64,000 nucleotides of DNA from Myxococcales bacterium (GTDB lineage Bacteria; Myxococcota_A; UBA9042; JABWCM01; BTVJ01): assembly GCA_045863395.1 (NCBI GenBank), contig BTVJ01000038.1, forward strand, positions 1 through 64,000. The letters run 5' to 3'. Positions 61,146 to 64,000 of this stretch are shown here, one piece after another. Each line of letters starts with the position of its first letter. The first letter of the stretch is position 1. The notes under the pieces are model-generated. The model saw nothing but the letters and a program-made list of their open reading frames with translations, was not told where the DNA came from and searched no databases. The position numbers and the translations under genes are program-made.

Positions 61146-62476
61146 GGCGGCTCGCGGCGCTCATCGTGGCGCTGGCGGCTCCCGCCCAGGCCAGCGTCTA
61201 CGACAGCTACGGCGCCAACCCCCGCGGCATGTCCATGGGGCAGGCGCTGATCTCCGCCGTCACCGACTACACCGCCACGTGGTACAACCCGGCGGCGCTG
61301 ACCATGCTCGGGCAGATGAGCTTCGGGCTCGGGTTCCAGGCGTCCTTCCCGTTCGTGGACGTGGAGCGGGGGCGGGCCGTGTGTACGGGCTCGGACTGCG
61401 GCGCCGGGACGAGCCCCTTCGACAGCGTGCTGCCGGAGCCCTTCAGCGGCTTCACCCTGGGCGTGCTCACCCCCTTCGGCGGCATCTTCGAGAACCGGGT
61501 GGCCTTCGGCATCAGCGCCTACCTGCCGGCCAACAACCTGATCCGGGCGGAGGGCCTCGACCCGCAGCGCCCCCAGTTCTACGCGCTCCAGAGCCTGCCG
61601 GACAAGTTCAACGTCCTCGGCGGCCTTGCCTACCGCCCCGTCGACTGGTTCTCCTTCGGCATCGGCTTCCAGGTGCTGGCCAACCTGGACGGCGCCGTGG
61701 ACCTGAAGCTCGACGTGCTCAATCACGCCTTCGAGCGCGCGGACATCGTGGTCCGCGTCAAGCCCAAGGCCAACCTGACCGCGGGCCTGCTGTTCGAGCC
61801 GGTCCCGGGGCTCCGCCTCGGCGCCGTGTGGCGCGGCGAGCTCGACCTCTCCTACGACCTGCCCGTGCAGGCGGACATCGGCGCCGCCATCCAGCTCAAG
61901 ATCGGCGTGTCCGAGACGGTGCTCTTCCAGCCGCACCAGGTCGGCTTCGGGGTGAGCTATGCGCTGGACGAGCCGCGGCTGCTGCTGTCCGCCGATCTGG
62001 TCTGGTCGCTCTGGTCGCGGGCGCCGGACCCCTCGCCCCACGTATCGCTGGACGTGGCGGGCACCCTCGTCGAGGGCCTCGGCATCGGCAGCACCTTGGA
62101 CGTGAACACCGCCGGGCGCACCATCGACATGGGCTTCGTGGACACCCTGTCCCCGCGCTTCGGGGTGGAGTACACGCCGGTCTATTGGTTCACCGTGCGG
62201 GGCGGGTACTTCTTCAGGCCCACGCCCGCGCCGCGCCAGACGGGGGCGACCAACTACCTGGACAACGACTCCCATGGGGGGAGCCTCGGGTTCGCGTTCA
62301 CCTTCGAGGACCCCCTGGAGGTGCACCGGACGCCCATCGTGCTGGAGCTGGGCAACCAGCTCACGGCGCTGTCGCGGCGCACCGTCCGCAAGGCGGACCG
62401 CGACGACCCGGTCGGCGATCTGAGTCACGGCGGCCTCGTCTACAGCGTGGGCGTGAGCGTCAGCCACAACTACTGA
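61142..62476 (+). CDS. OmpP1/FadL-family outer-membrane transporter
   Basis: Signal peptide, SMGQA...ATWYNPAAL hatch motif, beta-strand pattern, terminal aromatic residue. Confidence 0.8.
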   Translation: MRRLAALIVALAAPAQASVYDSYGANPRGMSMGQALISAVTDYTATWYNPAALTMLGQMSFGLGFQASFPFVDVERGRAVCTGSDCGAGTSPFDSVLPEPFSGFTLGVLTPFGGIFENRVAFGISAYLPANNLIRAEGLDPQRPQFYALQSLPDKFNVLGGLAYRPVDWFSFGIGFQVLANLDGAVDLKLDVLNHAFERADIVVRVKPKANLTAGLLFEPVPGLRLGAVWRGELDLSYDLPVQADIGAAIQLKIGVSETVLFQPHQVGFGVSYALDEPRLLLSADLVWSLWSRAPDPSPHVSLDVAGTLVEGLGIGSTLDVNTAGRTIDMGFVDTLSPRFGVEYTPVYWFTVRGGYFFRPTPAPRQTGATNYLDNDSHGGSLGFAFTFEDPLEVHRTPIVLELGNQLTALSRRTVRKADRDDPVGDLSHGGLVYSVGVSVSHNY

Positions 62477-62485
62477 GGGGGGGCT

Positions 62486-64000
62486 GTGGCTTCGCGGATC
62501 CTGTTGTTCCTCGTCATCGCCTGGGTCGGCGCCGCGCGGGCCGGGGAGCGGGACGCGACGGGGTCGCCAGACGGGGGCGACGCGGTGCGGGCCGATGCCG
62601 CGGCGCAGGACGCCTCGAGTGACGGGATCGGGGGCGCCGCGGCCGCCGACACCGTCGAGGCACAGGACTCCGGGGGAGGGGAGGGTGCGCCGCGCTCTGA
62701 AAGCGGGGACGACGGGGCTCAGGGCTCCACGACGCCGCATGGGGAAGCGCCCGACGCCGCGGAGCCCGGCCCCTTCGACGCGCCGACGGTCCTCTTGGAC
62801 GAGGTGCCGCTTCTCACCCGCGCCTCGCTGCCGGAGGGCGCCGCCGAGATCGACGCTGCGGCCGCCGCCCTGTCCGAGCGCCTCGCCGCGCTTGGCTCCG
62901 AGCTTGTCTTGCTTCAGGGTCTGAGCGGCGCCGTGGAGCCCACGCCAGCGGCGGACGAGGTCGCCTCGGCGCCGTATGTCGCTGCGGTCGCGCCGGAGGG
63001 TCCCCGGGCGGCCTACTTCCAGGACGACCCCTTCGAGCCAGGACCCGGCGAGCGCCTCGCGCGGCGCCTGGAGGGTCGCACCGACGCGCTTCGCGCCTCA
63101 CTGGACGGGGCGCCGGCCCTCGCCGCCGCTCTGGAGGACGAGCTGTCTGCGGCGGTCGCCCGGGTGTGGGCCTGCGCCGAGGCCTGCGCAGAGAGCAGGG
63201 AGGCCGTCCGGTTGGCTCGCGCGCGCGTGGCGCTCCTGGCGCTGCACGTCCAGGTGGCCGAGGCGGAGCTCGCCCTCGCCCGGGCCCAGCGCGCCTGGGT
63301 CGAGCGCGCGGCGGCGTGGACCGAGGCCGAGGCGCGGCGACGCGAGGCCTGGGAGCGGGCACAGCGAGAGGAGGAGGAGCGCGCCGCGGAGCACCAGGCG
63401 CAGCGGGCCGAGGCCGAGGCGGCGCGCCTCGCGAGGGAGAAGGCAGAGCGGGACGCGGAGGAGCTGGCGAAGCAGCGCCAGGAGTCCCAGGCGGCCCTGG
63501 AGAGGGCCAAGGCGCGCCAGGAGGAGTTCCTGCGCACGCAGAAGGCCGAGGAGCTGAAGCGCCAGCGGGACCGCGACCTGGAGCAGTTGTACCAGGACAT
63601 CGTCGACCTGACCGGGAGGCACGGGGTCGCCGTGGAGGAGCTGTCCCGCCTCGCCGCGCTCCGCGAGGCGCAGCGGCTCCAGGCGATGGAGTTCATCGAC
63701 CTCGCGCTGAAGGAGGACGCCCACGTCGCCGGGCTGCTGCGGAAGGTCGCCGCGGGGGAGCTGGAGCCCCGGGTCCTCGGCGCCAGGAGCGATGAGCTCG
63801 CGCAGCGCCTGAGGCGGGCCCGCGCGGCGCGCGGCGATCCGGCCCTCGAGGAGGCGTCCGCCCGCGCGGACCTTGCCGCCGCCGAGCTGCGGAGCCGCCT
63901 GGGGGACGTGGAGCTGGTCGCGACCGAGCCCGTCGAGGACGCCGAGCTGCACGACAAGCGCCTTGAGCTCGCCCGGGCGTCCGCGGCGCTGGCCCAGGTC
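62486..64000 (+). CDS. Large secreted/membrane coiled-coil protein, truncated by the window end
   Basis: GTG 62486 after GAGGGG; signal peptide VASRILLFLVIAWVGAARA; frame open to the window end; E/A/R-rich heptads (absent from the ORF track because it has no stop). Confidence 0.65.
   Translation, partial: MASRILLFLVIAWVGAARAGERDATGSPDGGDAVRADAAAQDASSDGIGGAAAADTVEAQDSGGGEGAPRSESGDDGAQGSTTPHGEAPDAAEPGPFDAPTVLLDEVPLLTRASLPEGAAEIDAAAAALSERLAALGSELVLLQGLSGAVEPTPAADEVASAPYVAAVAPEGPRAAYFQDDPFEPGPGERLARRLEGRTDALRASLDGAPALAAALEDELSAAVARVWACAEACAESREAVRLARARVALLALHVQVAEAELALARAQRAWVERAAAWTEAEARRREAWERAQREEEERAAEHQAQRAEAEAARLAREKAERDAEELAKQRQESQAALERAKARQEEFLRTQKAEELKRQRDRDLEQLYQDIVDLTGRHGVAVEELSRLAALREAQRLQAMEFIDLALKEDAHVAGLLRKVAAGELEPRVLGARSDELAQRLRRARAARGDPALEEASARADLAAAELRSRLGDVELVATEPVEDAELHDKRLELARASAALAQV

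Overview
Very GC-rich bacterial chromosomal segment, most likely from a myxobacterium-like organism (Myxococcota/deltaproteobacterial). This is inferred from a MYXO-CTERM-like sorting tail, Cys-rich lipoproteins, a giant TSP3/MopE-repeat lipoprotein, a Hanks kinase and a sigma54 promoter. The housekeeping backbone includes usp, LysM-MepA, ttcA, a TlpA-TlpA-DUF6029-like operon, a CDF transporter, argF, two udk paralogues, Rieske/cytochrome b-c, tRNA-Lys/tRNA-Glu, a multi-DsbA protein, an OPT transporter, a TetR operon, deoA-nupC-punA-cdd and a FadL-like OMP. Two accessory blocks interrupt it. (1) About 13.7-29.6 kb: a metK pseudogene split by a 160-bp palindromic MITE-like element, an ADP-ribosylglycohydrolase, oxidoreductases, and a defence-like cluster. 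That cluster comprises an AbrB-Doc TA pair, a stand-alone TIR translationally coupled to a pseudo-TIR-NACHT-FGE protein, a (TCGCGAA)5 array, and a type IV-like TA pair whose nucleotidyltransferase has a premature stop. (2) About 40.0-44.3 kb: a PHP/ABC-ATPase (Ppl/TrlF-like) plus Schlafen/AlbA_2 cassette bracketed by a 76-bp direct repeat of the dsbA 3' end. An unannotated ~130-nt sigma54-dependent small RNA candidate with an anti-Shine-Dalgarno loop lies at 59646-59776 (-). All product calls are from motif recognition by eye, not database searches.
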